Shown here piece after piece: positions 49,010 through 61,650 of a DNA stretch of 64,000 bases. The position numbers and the translations under genes were made by a program. Location: the NCBI GenBank assembly GCA_002633005.1, contig NMRA01000223.1, positions 466,426-530,425 of the forward strand, read 5' to 3'. This DNA is from Phoronis australis. Lineage: Eukaryota; Animalia; Phoronida. The notes under the pieces were generated by a model. It was not told where the DNA came from and ran no database searches. It saw only the letters and a program-made list of their open reading frames with translations. Within the stretch, counting starts at the first letter, position 1. Every line of letters starts with the position of its first letter.

Positions 49010-52000
49010 GTAAGTATATTGCTTAAGATAAGTTGAAATATGGGTATAACGAAATCGTACAAGAATTGTTAAACTAATCTTTAATAATCAAACGTGAATT
49101 ATGTCCCAGTTAAATGTTTTGAGAGGATTTATTCGGTGTTAAATAGAATTATCATCATCATCATCTCATGACCTTAAAATATGAAATTTACATCATCACA
49201 TGACCTCAAAATATAAAATTTACAAGACTTTTGAGTTGAAAATTTTAAACCTTAACAAGTACAGACTGTAAAATCCCACGTATATATCCTACCGTGTGAA
49301 CCCGTCTTTTGGTTGTTCTCAAATATCGGTGACAACATTGGTTACCGGTCTCGATTTCAATTAACTCTGGTGTCCAGGGTCGGGGATCATTTTTTCTTAC
49401 AATATCGCGAAAATGACGGATTTTCCTGTTTTATAGCTTTGCTCAAGACTAAGTTTATCCCAATACTGAATAATACCTAATACCTAATATTTGTTTGTCG
49501 GCCCTAGAGCTAATTATGCCTTTTTAACCTCAAATAACATTCGTTTACATCATTTGTTCAATGTCTGCCGCATTTCTGCTCTATACATGTTGAAAGAATA
49601 AAAGCCTTTGCCGAAGGTACCTGCTTAAAGTACAGGTCCGGATTCGTGTGGCTACACATGAACAGGTAATAAATTTTCTAACTTCAAATGACATGTGGCG
49701 TCGCACTTTTTAAGATTTCGACAAAACGTTCTGGGTCCGGCCGGTAATACGTCTGGTCGTAGTTTAGACGGTCGTAGAAACGCTATTGCAAATGCAACGC
49801 TGCCGTTTTTCAGAAGAGCGAGGATTTTGCAGCTGACGCGAAATGGATAATTTTTCATTTTAAGACTGAATAACCACCTTCACAAGCCACGTCAATGAAC
49901 CGTGTGCAAATTAAAGTAGAAATTGCGAACGTCTTGACTAAGACCCGTGAAATGGTTCCTTTTATTTCGGACATCACCTGCGTTTGCGCTTAGTGCACAT
50001 GTAATTCCGATGATTAAAAAGAAATAATTAACTAGGTGCAATGCTCGACAGGCAATTTTACAATTTCGTGCTGTAGAATTTGGACTTCTTAATCATTAGT
50101 GCACATTGAAAGTGATTCCAACTTTTGAAATTTTGTTTTGAACACTGTAAGTGCACGTACACTAACGTGAGTAGAGATTTTAAAATGAAAGCGACTGCTG
50201 AATCAAAATTTCAACACGAAACTGAAAAAAAAACAACGCGCTTTGAGCATCCACAGTAAACGCCGCAAGCTTCGATTTGATCGCTCTTGATCAAGAATGC
50301 CAAAAGAATCTTTGTAACCTACACATGTATTTCCCAGCAAACCAATTGTATGTATATCTTGGTTTACAAGTTGATATATATCGTCTGCTGTACCAATAAT
50401 CTGCCAATGAAGCCCGAGACTCAAAGATGTCCGATTCATTGGACACTTGAGTCAATTTTTTTGATTTTCTCGTCTTTTGTGTGGGTGTTAAAGACAATGA
50501 GGATTCCGCTGTCATCAGTTGGACAGTTAATTGGAAGAAGGTGATCATCAGGAAATGGAAAAAATTCACACCTGATTAACTAAATTAGAAATATTGCGTC
50601 TGATCAAAATATAAATTATCCAATTGTAATCAACCATTTGTGTCTGCGGTGAGTGTGCAAAAGGTATTTGATAACTTTTTTGTTAATCAACGCTTGTAAG
50701 CTAGAGTACTTTTAATTGATAAGACCTTAGTGAAATCAATATTTCATATCCCACATGGTGACTTTAATTAATTAGTTAATTTTCTTTTAATTGCGGAGTG
50801 ATTATTTTTTTATTATACCCGTATCCTATCATTTTGTCACTTGAAGAATGTAGACTTAAAGATATACTTCTCCCTGTTTAGCTGGCAACGAAACTACGGA
50901 AAATCTACTTAAGCCATTAACATACATAAAATTGGTCCCATGATATTCCTTACCGTGATAGGGTTCTATTTTTCATAACAAGAACGTCGAAACCATTAGG
51001 GGCTCGAAAAAACGTTTCAGCTTTTGTTGAGGTTCGAGGACCTTAAAATTGCAAGAAAAATGAACTGCGACATGTTGGCATTGTATGTAGCTCGAATTCC
51101 AGCTCATTCGGCAGCATTTTAAGATTTGATGAGCGTAATAATCCCCAAAGATCTTCGTTTAAGAATTGAACTTTGAGAGCTAAATGTCGGTGACATGCCC
51201 CTTTAAGCCCATCAAACTTAGAAATTGAGTGTCTGAAACGAGTAGTATCGGGGTGCTAAACCTCTTTCCTTACGTTCCACAATGGTTTTCAAATTTCTAA
51301 TTATTATACACAATTATTTTCTTGCCAACCGCTGTACCTTTCTCATAAACAGCAGTTCTATTCTTCCCAACTAAATTCTTTTCTTATTAACCGCATTTCT
51401 TTTTGCGTCTTACAAGAGGCACGAGCTGCACGTGTTTGATACAATGTATGTATCAAATCTGTCTGTGCACAGTAGAAACAAAATTAATGTGGTTTATGAG
51501 AAAATAGTTGCAGGTCTAAGACTGAATGGGATTGCTGGACACGAGAAAATTGCAGCTCATGAGTGCATTGAAATGTATGATAACGTAATGTTAATGAGAA
51601 CGCATCACGCTGTACCGGTATGAAACGCGCGTGAACTACTCCACAAGCAACTTATCTCCAGGGGCGCACCTCAACAAAAAAGGTGAAGAATTTCAAAATG
51701 ACGGCAATAATCAAGCGATTCGTTGTAAAACACTGCGTTTCATTTTGTTGACTATAGAGCATCTTTAGGGGAGAAGTTAGTTGAATCACAATTCGCAAGA
51801 ACATACGAACAAAATGTTACCATAGCTGCACGTTGAAGAGCTAGATCTGGTTAGTTTACAGTCATGAATACTGAGCCTTATTGCCTGTTATTGTCTTTCG
51901 ACCTCCGGTTATGGTAATCTATTGTTTTTATGCCGCTTGTGCATTATGGTTCAACTTATTTCCCATCTGAGCACGTGATGTTTTACTTGAACTCTCCTGA

Positions 52001-53060
52001 AGATCGGTTTCATAGCCAACAAAGTGAACCATGTTTTACAATGGATATATTTGTAATGCCGTATGTTGTTCTTCTTCGCAAAATGGGGCAAGCTGCCGGT
52101 CTAGAGATGAAGTTTCAGCAAATTGATACACTGGGAATGGGGAAAGTACAGCGGCCACACTCATAGACATTCTAATCAGTCGAACCGGAAATCCGGTGGC
52201 GGCATTGGACTGTACCGCGAAATGACCACGTGAAGATAACCGCGACGTGCATCAAATCAGGCAACCCTACCAATGTTACCGAGGTTTTCAGTAGATAAGC
52301 CCAAGGGTGTGTATTCGGCATGATTTTCCGAATAAACGCCCATGAGGGTTTTTTCGGGTGGGCTTATCTACAGAAAATCCCTGCCATTTGTCAGTTATGA
52401 TGCGAAATGCCACGAGTCTGAGCAATCACAAGTGTTGACGTCACAGGGCAAATTACTTTGATTTCTAACCGTTGATTTTACAGGCATTTACAGAGTTAGG
52501 TTTCCGACCAAATGATTTCGGCGCGCCAACCGATTTAACGATGAACTTGAACTATAGTATGTCCGAAATACTTATTCCGCCGTCTGGTTCATGTGTACGA
52601 CAATTTAACCGACAGTATGCCTATTAGATCTATACTTTTTTGCGAGTCGATAATTCTGACCGTATATAATTGTCGAGTCCTCTCTACTAAGCCCCAGCCC
52701 CGGACCTGAGCAGTCACCAATCTTACGCCACCCACGCGGCTAAATTGCTCCAAAAATGCTTCATGGCCGGGAATCATACTCAGTTTCTTCATTCGGGACT
52801 GGTAGTTGGAAATGAAGTTTGGTCAATGGGTATGAAGGCATGTTTGTGGAATTTAGAGGCGCATGTTTAATGCCTACTGGCCGGACTGGGACTTTTAGAG
52901 GATCATAGCTGGAGTTTAGGGGTAAGAGGTCATTGACTGTCGGAATCGAGTCCATTCGACTATTGTGAGTTTCTCGGAATGTTGTTCGAATCACGTTGGA
53001 GATGAGCGTTTCCTGTATAACTCAGTCATTATTGAAAATTTTTGCATTGGACCATTTCAG

Positions 53061-53506
53061 GAAACCTCGTGGTTTTGTTCATCAAATGCAGCGCCGTCTT
53101 GCTTCTGGTTGAATTTACCGGATATGCTTCATCACGTGCCACACCCGACACCAACACCTATTTAAAAAGAATGGCGGCAGATTTAGAAGCAGACGACTAC
53201 ATGTTGCGACAAGAAATGTTGGAGAACCTGAACGGTCAGAGTGATCAAGCGCCCCCTGGATTTAAACGTGATATGTCCCACGGAATTGAGAACGGAAAAC
53301 GAAGCATCGAACTGGTGAGGTGCCAAATTCTGGGACGCGTCATTGACTGCACGGACATTCCTCTCATCCTGAACTTCATTGAAAGCTTACCAACATACCC
53401 CACTCACAGCAAAACTGGGGAAAAAAGGATAAAGTTTGGTCAACGTATTGCGCACTCCGAAAAATTAGTAAATTCCGATCCACAAATATTACGATACGGG
53501 AGGTGA
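53061..53506 (+). CDS. Secreted neuropeptide/prohormone precursor, exon 2 (MCH-like cyclic peptide plus LRYamide)
   Basis: catttcag|(G)NLVVLFIKCSAVLLLVEFTGYASS-RATPDTNTYL-KR-MAADLEADDYMLRQEMLENLNGQSDQAPPGF-KR-DMSHGIEN-GKR-SIELVRCQILGRVIDCTDIPLILNFIESLPTYPTHSKTGE-KR-IKFGQRIAHSEKLVNSDPQILRY-GR*. Signal peptide, four KR sites, two Gly amidation signals, one Cys pair; AATAAA at 53621. Confidence 0.88.
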
Positions 53507-56065
53507 AAGGATAGATTATTGTCGTACGTTTTGGATGAGGCTCGCCAGAGGATGGAGACATTTTCGTTAAAAACGCATTTTTCGTCTAGCTTTTTATGTG
53601 AAATTGTTGGGGGTATCGAAAATAAAAGCTTCCGATCATCGCAGGCGTGGCATACATGCATTTGCATGTATTAACAAATGTCAACACTCTGTGTATGCTT
53701 CAATGTTACTAAGGCGAAAAAAATCTACATTTGCTTATAAATAGAAGTATTTTTATTTTGCTCTGTCATCAAAACCATGTTTTGATCCAGTCTTGTGTTT
53801 TTGAGCGTTTTACCTAACAGAAGATAAACCAAGTACACTTTAGATTATTCTCAAAATCAACTCTTAGGTTATAGGAAAGACACGAGAAAAAGACGAAACT
53901 TTTGTGAACGTCGAAACTCAACACCGCGTATCCACGAAGGTCAATGGTTACTCAATCATATTTGAAAAATAAATCCATTGTTGCCATTTGTTTATCATTG
54001 AATTAGAGGACGTTGAACCCCTTGACCCCCGTAAATACGCCACTGAAACTTATTTTATCTTAAAATCCGTCTGTCCGAGAACAAAATTCGCACTCATGAA
54101 TGTTCATGATTGAAGTAGACAAGGTCAAAAATCTACACATTACAACAAAACACCAAATAAAACGTTTGAAGTTATGGCGACATTCTCGACGAAAAAAGCA
54201 ATTTTAAAGAAATCAGCGGTTAGCGCTGTTTTGAACTCGCTAGTTTCACAATGGCAACAGCAAAGCTCTGCCGTTGAGCAGAAATCACACGAGTTAAATT
54301 ACAAAGCGTATTTCGAAATCAAGGCTGGATGTTTTTACCATTTAGCGATATTAAGAACACCATCCTTGTTTTTCGAGAATGTGTGCCAGACAACGGCGAG
54401 AATTGGCGATTTTCAACCGAATCTCAAAAGCGACAGATTTTGTTGTTTTATAGCTCTGGTCAAACTTAACAACTTCAAGAAGTCTATTCCATCCAACATC
54501 AATCCCCCAAATCTGTTTTCCGGTCCTAAGACCGGTAATTTCCCTATTATTTAGAACCTTTCCTCACCTGGCCATCCCTGCAAAAATACTCGGTAGACAC
54601 CGCAGAACACACTGTCACGGTCTTTAATTTGAATAAGGCTTGCTGACAAAATCATTGGTTAGATTTTAAAAAATGTCATATTTTTCACAAACATAAAGAT
54701 ACTGGCATTTAGAACAAAACTAAATACCAAAAATAAGCGCCTTCACCACACATGGATTACAAAGAGTGGGTACTTCAAGTACTCAAGTCTTGCGTAAACA
54801 CAGTGCAAAAATTGTCGACGTTCTTTTAGACATTGGGAGTTTCTGAAGTCGATGTGCGAGTGTGAAAAGTCGCAATTCTAGTCATGAAAGTTGCCTTGCG
54901 TGATTCAAAAGTCATAGTTTAAATTCCAAAAGTCGCGAGACTTTTTTTAATTGGCCCCTTACCACCTACCGTAAAAATATATTCGGGTTATTTTTTGTCA
55001 ATACTAATCGACTTTAAAAAATCCTACACAGCGATAGTTCTCTTCTACATATTTTCCAAAGTTGTTTTGACGGCGTGCAGCCATTATTGTGTTGGCTCAT
55101 AACTGTTTGAGTGAACGGGGTATAAGTAATTTAAAAAATGAAAAATACTGAAATCAAACATTACTGATAAGGTCGTCCGTTTTTCCGACCTTCACCCCTC
55201 TGATATGTGTAGATACGTCGGTAATTTCATATTTCATTTTTCCATTTTCATTGACATTGTGGGAGGCACGCAGTTCAATTTATAAAATGCAAACTGGCGT
55301 AAACTAAACAATCGTGAGCCATATTTTATGATGGGTGGCTTGAACGGAAACATACTAACACCTTCTCATTTCTCATCTGGTTATACGTTGATTTTCATGC
55401 GTGAAAATGGACAGGCCTATGTAAATATAGAACTTCCATTGACAGAATACGTTGGGAGTGGGAGCTGGCCCAGAGATGGTACATCGATCGAGGAGAGAAA
55501 ACCTGTATAAAAATAGATATACACGTACTCGCCGGAGTGGGCACACTTATGCTAATATACTCTTGGCTTCTGTCGGTTTTAGCTTTCTCAGAATCCTCTA
55601 AGTTCGGTATAACACGTGCCGACCCTGTGAGACCATTTTAAGGAAATTAGAAACGGCAGAGGCCTCATTTTAATACCAGTTGCTTTAAGGAAATTAACTA
55701 CTATCGACACAAATGTTATTATTTTATATACCAAAACAACCGATGTCATTGTAATCTGAGATCTGTTTTATGAGTAAGTAAAAGCTCACGCAGTCTAAAA
55801 ATAATCTGTAGAAACTATCTCATTAACTACCAGTCGTGTTAAAATTCTAAGAGACTGCACTTTTGCTCAAGTGAGATTTAAGTATTTTTAGAAATTGTAG
55901 TGCGGAGTCAGCTACCTGGTTTCCAGACTCAAAATCTAGTGAGACAAGAGCAATTTGGATGACATTTCTCCCTCACGTGAGCGCAAAACGGACATTACTG
56001 CGTACCTTTTCATCAACACAATTTTGTCCCACGAACGGATTTTCTTTGCGAACGAGCCCCCCCCC

Positions 56066-56274
56066 CCATTTGGCGAAGTGGACAAAAAGGTCCGCCTCAG
56101 AGAAACAAAAAGTTCGAGAAAACGAGACAAAAGTCCACTAAATAGGCGCAGATGCACATTTCACAGTCCTGAAGGAGGTACACCGTTTTTTTTAGTCCTC
56201 CCGCTTTTTTGATAGGAAAAGGTCCACTTCGTCAGAAATTCGAGCCCCCCATATTAAAGGCTGGGTGCGCGCAT
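56066..56274 (-). mobile_element. Inverted partial copy of the MITE at 46961-47187
   Basis: Ends ggctgggtgcgcgcatg; internal homology catttggcgaagtggacaaaaaggtccgcctc. Confidence 0.7.
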
Positions 56275-56918
56275 GAAAATTGAAAGGTAGATAATAGCCG
56301 TCTTTGAATATTTAAAATCGATAAAATTAGCGAATAGATTTTTTTCAGCATCGCAGCTAAGCCACGAGTATTATTAAGTTTGTGAATCACTTTTGACGGG
56401 TTAGTCACATCTGGCTTTGGCTCGCTTAGGCGTTGGGGTAACAAACCCCCAAATGTTAACGTAGGAGTTGTCTCATGGTTGGCCGAGATCGCTATGGAAC
56501 ACCATCAAACCACGCACTTGTATCAGGCTCGACACGGAGTGCTGACTGGATATAGTTCAAGTTAATGTCTAGCATAGTTTTGAAATAATTTACGGCGTAG
56601 ATTATGAGATAAAAATCTAGCTATAGGTAAGTCACACAAGCGTTAGTCGAATCAAAACTTAGCTGGCTATACACTATGCCGCTGAGTCGTCTATAGATGT
56701 TGCCAACACACCAGCAGTCTAAATGACATAGTTCGGGGAAGAAAAATGGACGACTAAAGATTGAGTTTCGTGTCCAGCTAAAGTTTGTGTTTCTTGATCA
56801 CCATGCAATCTGGCTATTCAACTTCCCGTTCAGGGCAAACGCTGTTCGGTACAAGTAGCCTTATTGCCGAATGAGAGCCATATACATGTAAACATCACTG
56901 ATAGAAGTTATTAAACAC

Positions 56919-57163
56919 GGGCCCGTTCCAACAAAACTGGCTTAGCTAAGACAAACCTTAAATTTTGGTAAATTTTAAAATAAAAGTTAAATTTGTCTCA
57001 AAAGAAAGAGATCTTAAGTTTGACTTAAGTGTTTGTCATAAATTTTGTCTTAATTTTGACTGGCTTAGGCCTACCGAAAGTGGAAGTTTCAAGGTTTGGA
57101 AGTTAAGACAAATCTCAAACTTAAGTAAAAAATGAACTTAAGACAGTTTCGTGGAACAGGCCC
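56919..57163. mobile_element. MITE with GGGCC-initiated TIRs (PIF/Harbinger-like)
   Basis: gggcccgttccaacaaaactggctta vs rc of taagacagtttcgtggaacaggccc; internal repeated cttaag/ttaagacaaa motifs. Confidence 0.7.
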
Positions 57164-57622
57164 CTCATCTCCCATTCCACACAGACCCAGCTCTCCTTGC
57201 ACTTCACATCATCTATAATTCGGGGGTAAAATATTATTACTTCGCCGTTCCGCTACTCTTCATGGCTGCAGTTACATATACTCAATCGAGGTACGCCTTG
57301 TGCTAGGGATTGGCTGTTCTTCAAACGTTGAAATTGGCCTGAACCCGTTGATGTTGCAATGAGTGCGGAAAATCACATGTGAGTGTCAAAACTGTTTTTT
57401 AAAAGAACCGTTTAAAAACGGTTCTTTGTATTGATTTTAAAATTAAAAGTTCTTTAGTATATATCTAAGTTTCTCTGCCTTTCTGTCAATACACCTCCTC
57501 TAGTGTTTATTGTATCGGTGACTAGCACTTGTGCTGAAGTCTATTTTTGTTGTTTACGCAGCGTGTGCAAAACTGGCAGATAGTAGTTTGGAGGGCACTG
57601 GAAAGAGGGCGCTGTGTTTAGT

Positions 57623-57637
57623 GCATTGTGGGATAGT
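57623..57637 (+). promoter_or_regulatory. Candidate TAF6 promoter element (ZNF143/Staf-like site) upstream of a putative non-coding first exon
   Basis: GCATTGTGGGATAGT matches the Staf core GCATnnTGGGA; donor caa|gtaagt at 57739; acceptor ttcctcag two nt before the TAF6 ATG. Confidence 0.4.
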
Positions 57638-58430
57638 TATGGAGGTCGAGTTTATTTTACCGGTGAATGTTTTAGTTGCAGTTTACAATTAAAGAAACTT
57701 CATGATGACTCATTAGAGAGTTTAGTTAAAATTACCAAGTAAGTTGCATTGCAGTTGCGTCAACAGTCTACGCTGTGGGTGTAGGGTTAGTAATTATCAC
57801 GGAGCTTGATATCGAACATGGGAAACTAATAGGGCAATGCCAGCCAATGGCAATGGCAATCAACAATCTTGAAGTTGAACAATGCCATGCCCATCCATAG
57901 ACAGTCGTACGCCTACGCTACCAGTGTACACTACACTAGTCACTACAGTAGACTTGCTGTTCACGTCAGTGCTGGCTCTCGCATTCTTACATACTATGAT
58001 TAAAATACAAGTGTTACCAAAATTTTCTACACAAACTATAAAGCATTGAGACTGAATCATTGAGACTGTTTAGATCATAGTAAGCCATCGGACATGTCGG
58101 GTACACCAGTTTTAGTTTATGCTGCGTGTGTTCCTGCCTCCTGGATTCTCAAGAATGAGAAATGCTCCAGAATTATAAAGTTTTTGGCACTGTGTAACGT
58201 AAGTGAATTATTGGTCTTTTGTTTACCAAGTTTAAGACAAAAAAGGTCTTTACTTGCATGCTGCATCAGGTAAATAGAACTGCTTATTGGCAGTTGGATA
58301 TGACACACAGAGTGGAAATTATTGAGTGTGGAGTCCTCTCACACTTCTCAGTATGGAGTATACGGAAATTATGCTTAGCTATTCTGACTTGCAATATAGG
58401 TTTTGATTTGAGACGTGTTGTTCCTCAGAA

Positions 58431-58574
58431 ATGCCTGAATCCAAAAGCAGCAGCACAGTGGGCTCCGACTCGGTGAAAGTGATCTCAGAAAGTGTTGGTA
58501 TATCAGGTCTGTCTGACGAGGCTGCAATCTACCTGGCTGAGGACACCACCTACAGACTCAAACAAGTTGTACAG
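58431..58574 (+). CDS. TAF6: TFIID subunit 6, coding exon 1 (histone H4-like fold)
   Basis: MPESKSSSTVGSDSVKVISESVGISGLSDEAAIYLAEDTTYRLKQVVQ|gtacta. Confidence 0.95.
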
Positions 58575-58599
58575 GTACTAGTCATGTGGGGTGTGTTTT

Positions 58600-58757
58600 C
58601 CAGCCACCTGTTCAGTAACGCTAAGACCAAGCTAAAAAGCAAGACTTCGCGAGATTGCGTGAGATTATGCCATGTATTTCAAATGAGATCACGTGACTTT
58701 GGCTAGATTTCAGCTAGGTCCTAGCGTAGGTCCTAGCGTTACTGAACGCACGCCTGG
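58600..58757. mobile_element. Small MITE in TAF6 intron
   Basis: Inverted repeats gttcagtaacgctaagacc / ggtcctagcgttactgaac. Confidence 0.7.
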
Positions 58758-59068
58758 TGTTCATTCTATCTTTTTGCTCAGTCGCAAAGGATATTTCTGG
58801 ACTGCGCCTTTGCGCCATTAGTGCATAAGAAAATAAAAAGGCACAAGCACATTGCAACAGTGCGCTCCTCGGGTGCATCTTTTAAAACGCAACATTCTTC
58901 ATAAAATGCAAGGTTCTAGTCAACCTACAGCCAGTCGAGTAAAACTTAATTCTGTTCTTATTTTGATTGTCTTTGGGGTTTCTGTTTCATGTGTTACCAC
59001 ACACAAAGTGTGCTGGGCACTGGTGCACCCAAAGGGCGCAAGTCCAAGCATGGTCAGGAATATCCCTG

Positions 59069-59617
59069 CAGTCGTACATGAGCAGTAGGAATATGCTTTA
59101 ATGAGAATGGTGATGGTGAAAGTTTCATAACTATATTTGGTTATTTAAAGATTTTTGTGCCATTGCTGTGTTTTTTATCAGTTGTGTCTGATAATACTGT
59201 TTTGAATATTTGAAGTAAGTTACATAGTAATTGGTAATGATTTGTGTTATGAATGGCTATAGTGAAACTCATCCTAGTCGAAAATTAAGGCTGCCATTAA
59301 TCATCTAAACAAAGATTTGTTTTTTACCACTTCTTGATTTAATTCCATCTTTGTGCTCAGTCATACATGAGCAACAGGGATGTGTTTTAATGGGAATGGT
59401 GATGTTGGAATTTTCATAGTAAATTTGGTTATTTAAAGATTATGTGCCATCGCTGTTTTTTATCAGTTGAGTCTGATAATACATTTTGTATGGCTGAAAT
59501 TTGGTATAATGTATGTTATGATTGACAATACTGAATCTTTTCCTAGTTGGAAATAAAGCTGCTATAAACCATCTTCTGTCAACAAAGACTTGTTGATTTT
59601 TACCACTTCTTGATTTA
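59069..59617. repeat. Diverged tandem duplication (period about 289 bp) in TAF6 intron
   Basis: cagtc(g/a)tacatgagca...atttggttatttaaagatt...tatcagttg(t/a)gtctgataatac...ttttaccacttcttgattta at 59069 and 59358. Confidence 0.85.
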
Positions 59618-59626
59618 GTTTCTCTT

Positions 59627-59849
59627 GCCCTTATAAAACTGGTCTCACTTTGTTTATTCTTTTAACTAGAAGCTGTTTCTGGGCTTGAGAAGAACGGTCT
59701 GTATACTATTGCTGAGGACCAGAGTCGGCACACATGAATCCGGTGTGACAAGTCTGGTCTCAAGTATTAACACCCGGCCTGTTCTTGCCAAGACCAGGAA
59801 TTGCTTCTAAACTGAACAAGGAATAAGTCGAGACCAGTTTTATAACGGC
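59627..59849. mobile_element. MITE in TAF6 intron
   Basis: Inverted termini gcccttataaaactggtctc / gagaccagttttataacggc. Confidence 0.7.
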
Positions 59850-59991
59850 AAGTGCTCTAAATCAAAATGTTTCCTTACGTGCCTTTAAGCAAAAATACAT
59901 GGAACAGAATTAAACCTGAAATCTTCATTATGAGGTGATTGTAGATCATATACATACACCAACTCTGTTTGATTGTTGTTTGATATTACAG

Positions 59992-60078
59992 CAAGCAGTT
60001 AAGTTTATGCAACACGGAAAAAGAAGGCGACTTTCCACTGCAGATGTAGACAATGCGCTCAAAGTGAAAAATATTGAG
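59992..60078 (+). CDS. TAF6: TAF6, coding exon 2
   Basis: attacag|QAVKFMQHGKRRRLSTADVDNALKVKNIE|gtacgt. Confidence 0.96.
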
Positions 60079-61300
60079 GTACGTGTTGCAACTTAACAAA
60101 TACGCAACAAAATATTCATGGATATTTCAAACTCAGTTAAATTACGCTAATGAGAACATTACTGCCTGAATACTGCACGCGTTCATGTAGTCACTGGGAA
60201 GCCTTAGCCCACAAATGTTCTTATGCAGGTGAACAGGTTATCACATTACATGTTTTTTCATAAAAAAGTCGGATATTAGGACCCTTTCTTCGTTTACACT
60301 CATGCATGTTGTGTCTCCTTTTTGGTTTCCATTCTTTTGGGTAATAAGAAAATGTCTGTGATCAGCTTGTTTTACAATTGAAAGTAAACATGATTATTTT
60401 CTTAATCTGGGTCTGACAGGCTTTCTTACTGGAGAACGTTTGCTCTTTTCCATAAAATTGCCTTAAAATATTTTTGTAGTTAATACAGGTGCTATTAGTT
60501 TTAATTAAAATGATTTCTAAAAATTCAAAATTAGAATTGAAACACTCTTTGTCTCTGATTTCTACAAAAGCATTGCAGATCTGTCTTTGTGCAATTATGT
60601 CTGAGTGTAAAACAGTTCTCACTTTACAAAATAAAATAATTGCCCATAATTCTGTTCCTTCACCGTATCTTGGAATGACTTCTCTTCCCAGGTACTCTGA
60701 CGACCATAAATTTGTCAATGCTATCAGCTGCCATAGCAGGAAATTCTGCTTGCAGTCGGTCATCCTGATTGGTAGTTATGAGTTATTTTGCCCAATTTCA
60801 TTCAACTTGTACTGTATACATGACCGGACTGGTTAAAAATTGTATTAATTTTTTAAAGATTATTTCTTTTTCAGCTGTTGTGTCTGCATATGTCATGGTA
60901 TTGCAATGCACAAGCTCTTTTGTTGTGATTATGTTGTTTTTTTCCTAGTAACATTGCGGTTCATCAACTGTTCGGAACAAACATATCACCAGACATCACC
61001 CCCAAAATCTAACTGATTGATCCGTAACCCAGTCCTGACCTGTCCCCGACTGTTATGTCAAGATCTATCAACTTTTCCGTTAACGTGTTGACAGGCAGAG
61101 TGACTGATGAACAAAAATAGACAATTTCGCTCCTTTCTAGTTCTGATTGGCTTTCGGAGTTGTGCTGCATATGTTCTACACATCTCCAATAGAGACAAAC
61201 CAATGCTGAAACACACAATAGTTGGCCAACACCTCACAGGCAGCATCAATCAACGTAGAGTGTGTCTTCTGTTGTCAAGCTGGATGGGCAATAGTCACTT

Positions 61301-61382
61301 ACAGGGGGTCCCGGATTTTGAGAACCAGTTTGATGCCCGTTATTCAGTGGAGAAAACTGGTTCTCAAAATCCAGGAGCCCTG
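61301..61382. repeat. 82-bp near-perfect palindrome (hairpin or minimal MITE)
   Basis: cagggggtcccggattttgagaaccagttt, a loop of about 22 nt, then aaactggttctcaaaatccaggagccctg. Confidence 0.85.
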
Positions 61383-61496
61383 CAGTAACCATTACTGTGT
61401 GGAAGAGTGGGGAGATGATTAAGTGTTCATCATCAATGACCATGGCTGCGACAGGTAATAACGGGTAATTACTTCATGTGTTCTTATGCGTTACAG

Positions 61497-61650
61497 CCTC
61501 TCTATGGGTTCCATTCACGTGACTTCATCCCGTTTCGCCACGCTAGTGGCGGTGGGCGAGAGCTTCACTTTATCGAAGAGAAGGACCTTGAACTGGATGA
61601 GATAATCAACACAGATTTACCAAAGATACCCAAGGAGGTCACATTGCAGT
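61497..61650 (+). CDS. TAF6: TAF6, coding exon 3
   Basis: gttacag|[51 protein letters not shown]|gtaagt. Confidence 0.97.

Noticed and set aside
53303-53370. Elevenin (RIDCT-like), allatostatin-C/somatostatin, calcitonin or luqin identity for the cyclic peptide
   Set aside because: In elevenin the IDC cysteine is the first of the pair, here the second; the C-x8-C ring and the precursor order do not fit AstC, calcitonin or luqin.
46961-56274. Inverted repeat pair bracketing the neuropeptide gene, as if it were cargo of a 9.3-kb composite transposon
   Set aside because: The left copy has its own second TIR, the outer flanks share no target-site duplication, and the copies are diverged; two independent MITE insertions are simpler.
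59170-59197. Resemblance of ttatcagttgtgtctgata to U2 snRNA stem IIa
   Set aside because: Only a short hairpin matches; the U2 5' end, branch-pairing GTAGTA and Sm site are absent.
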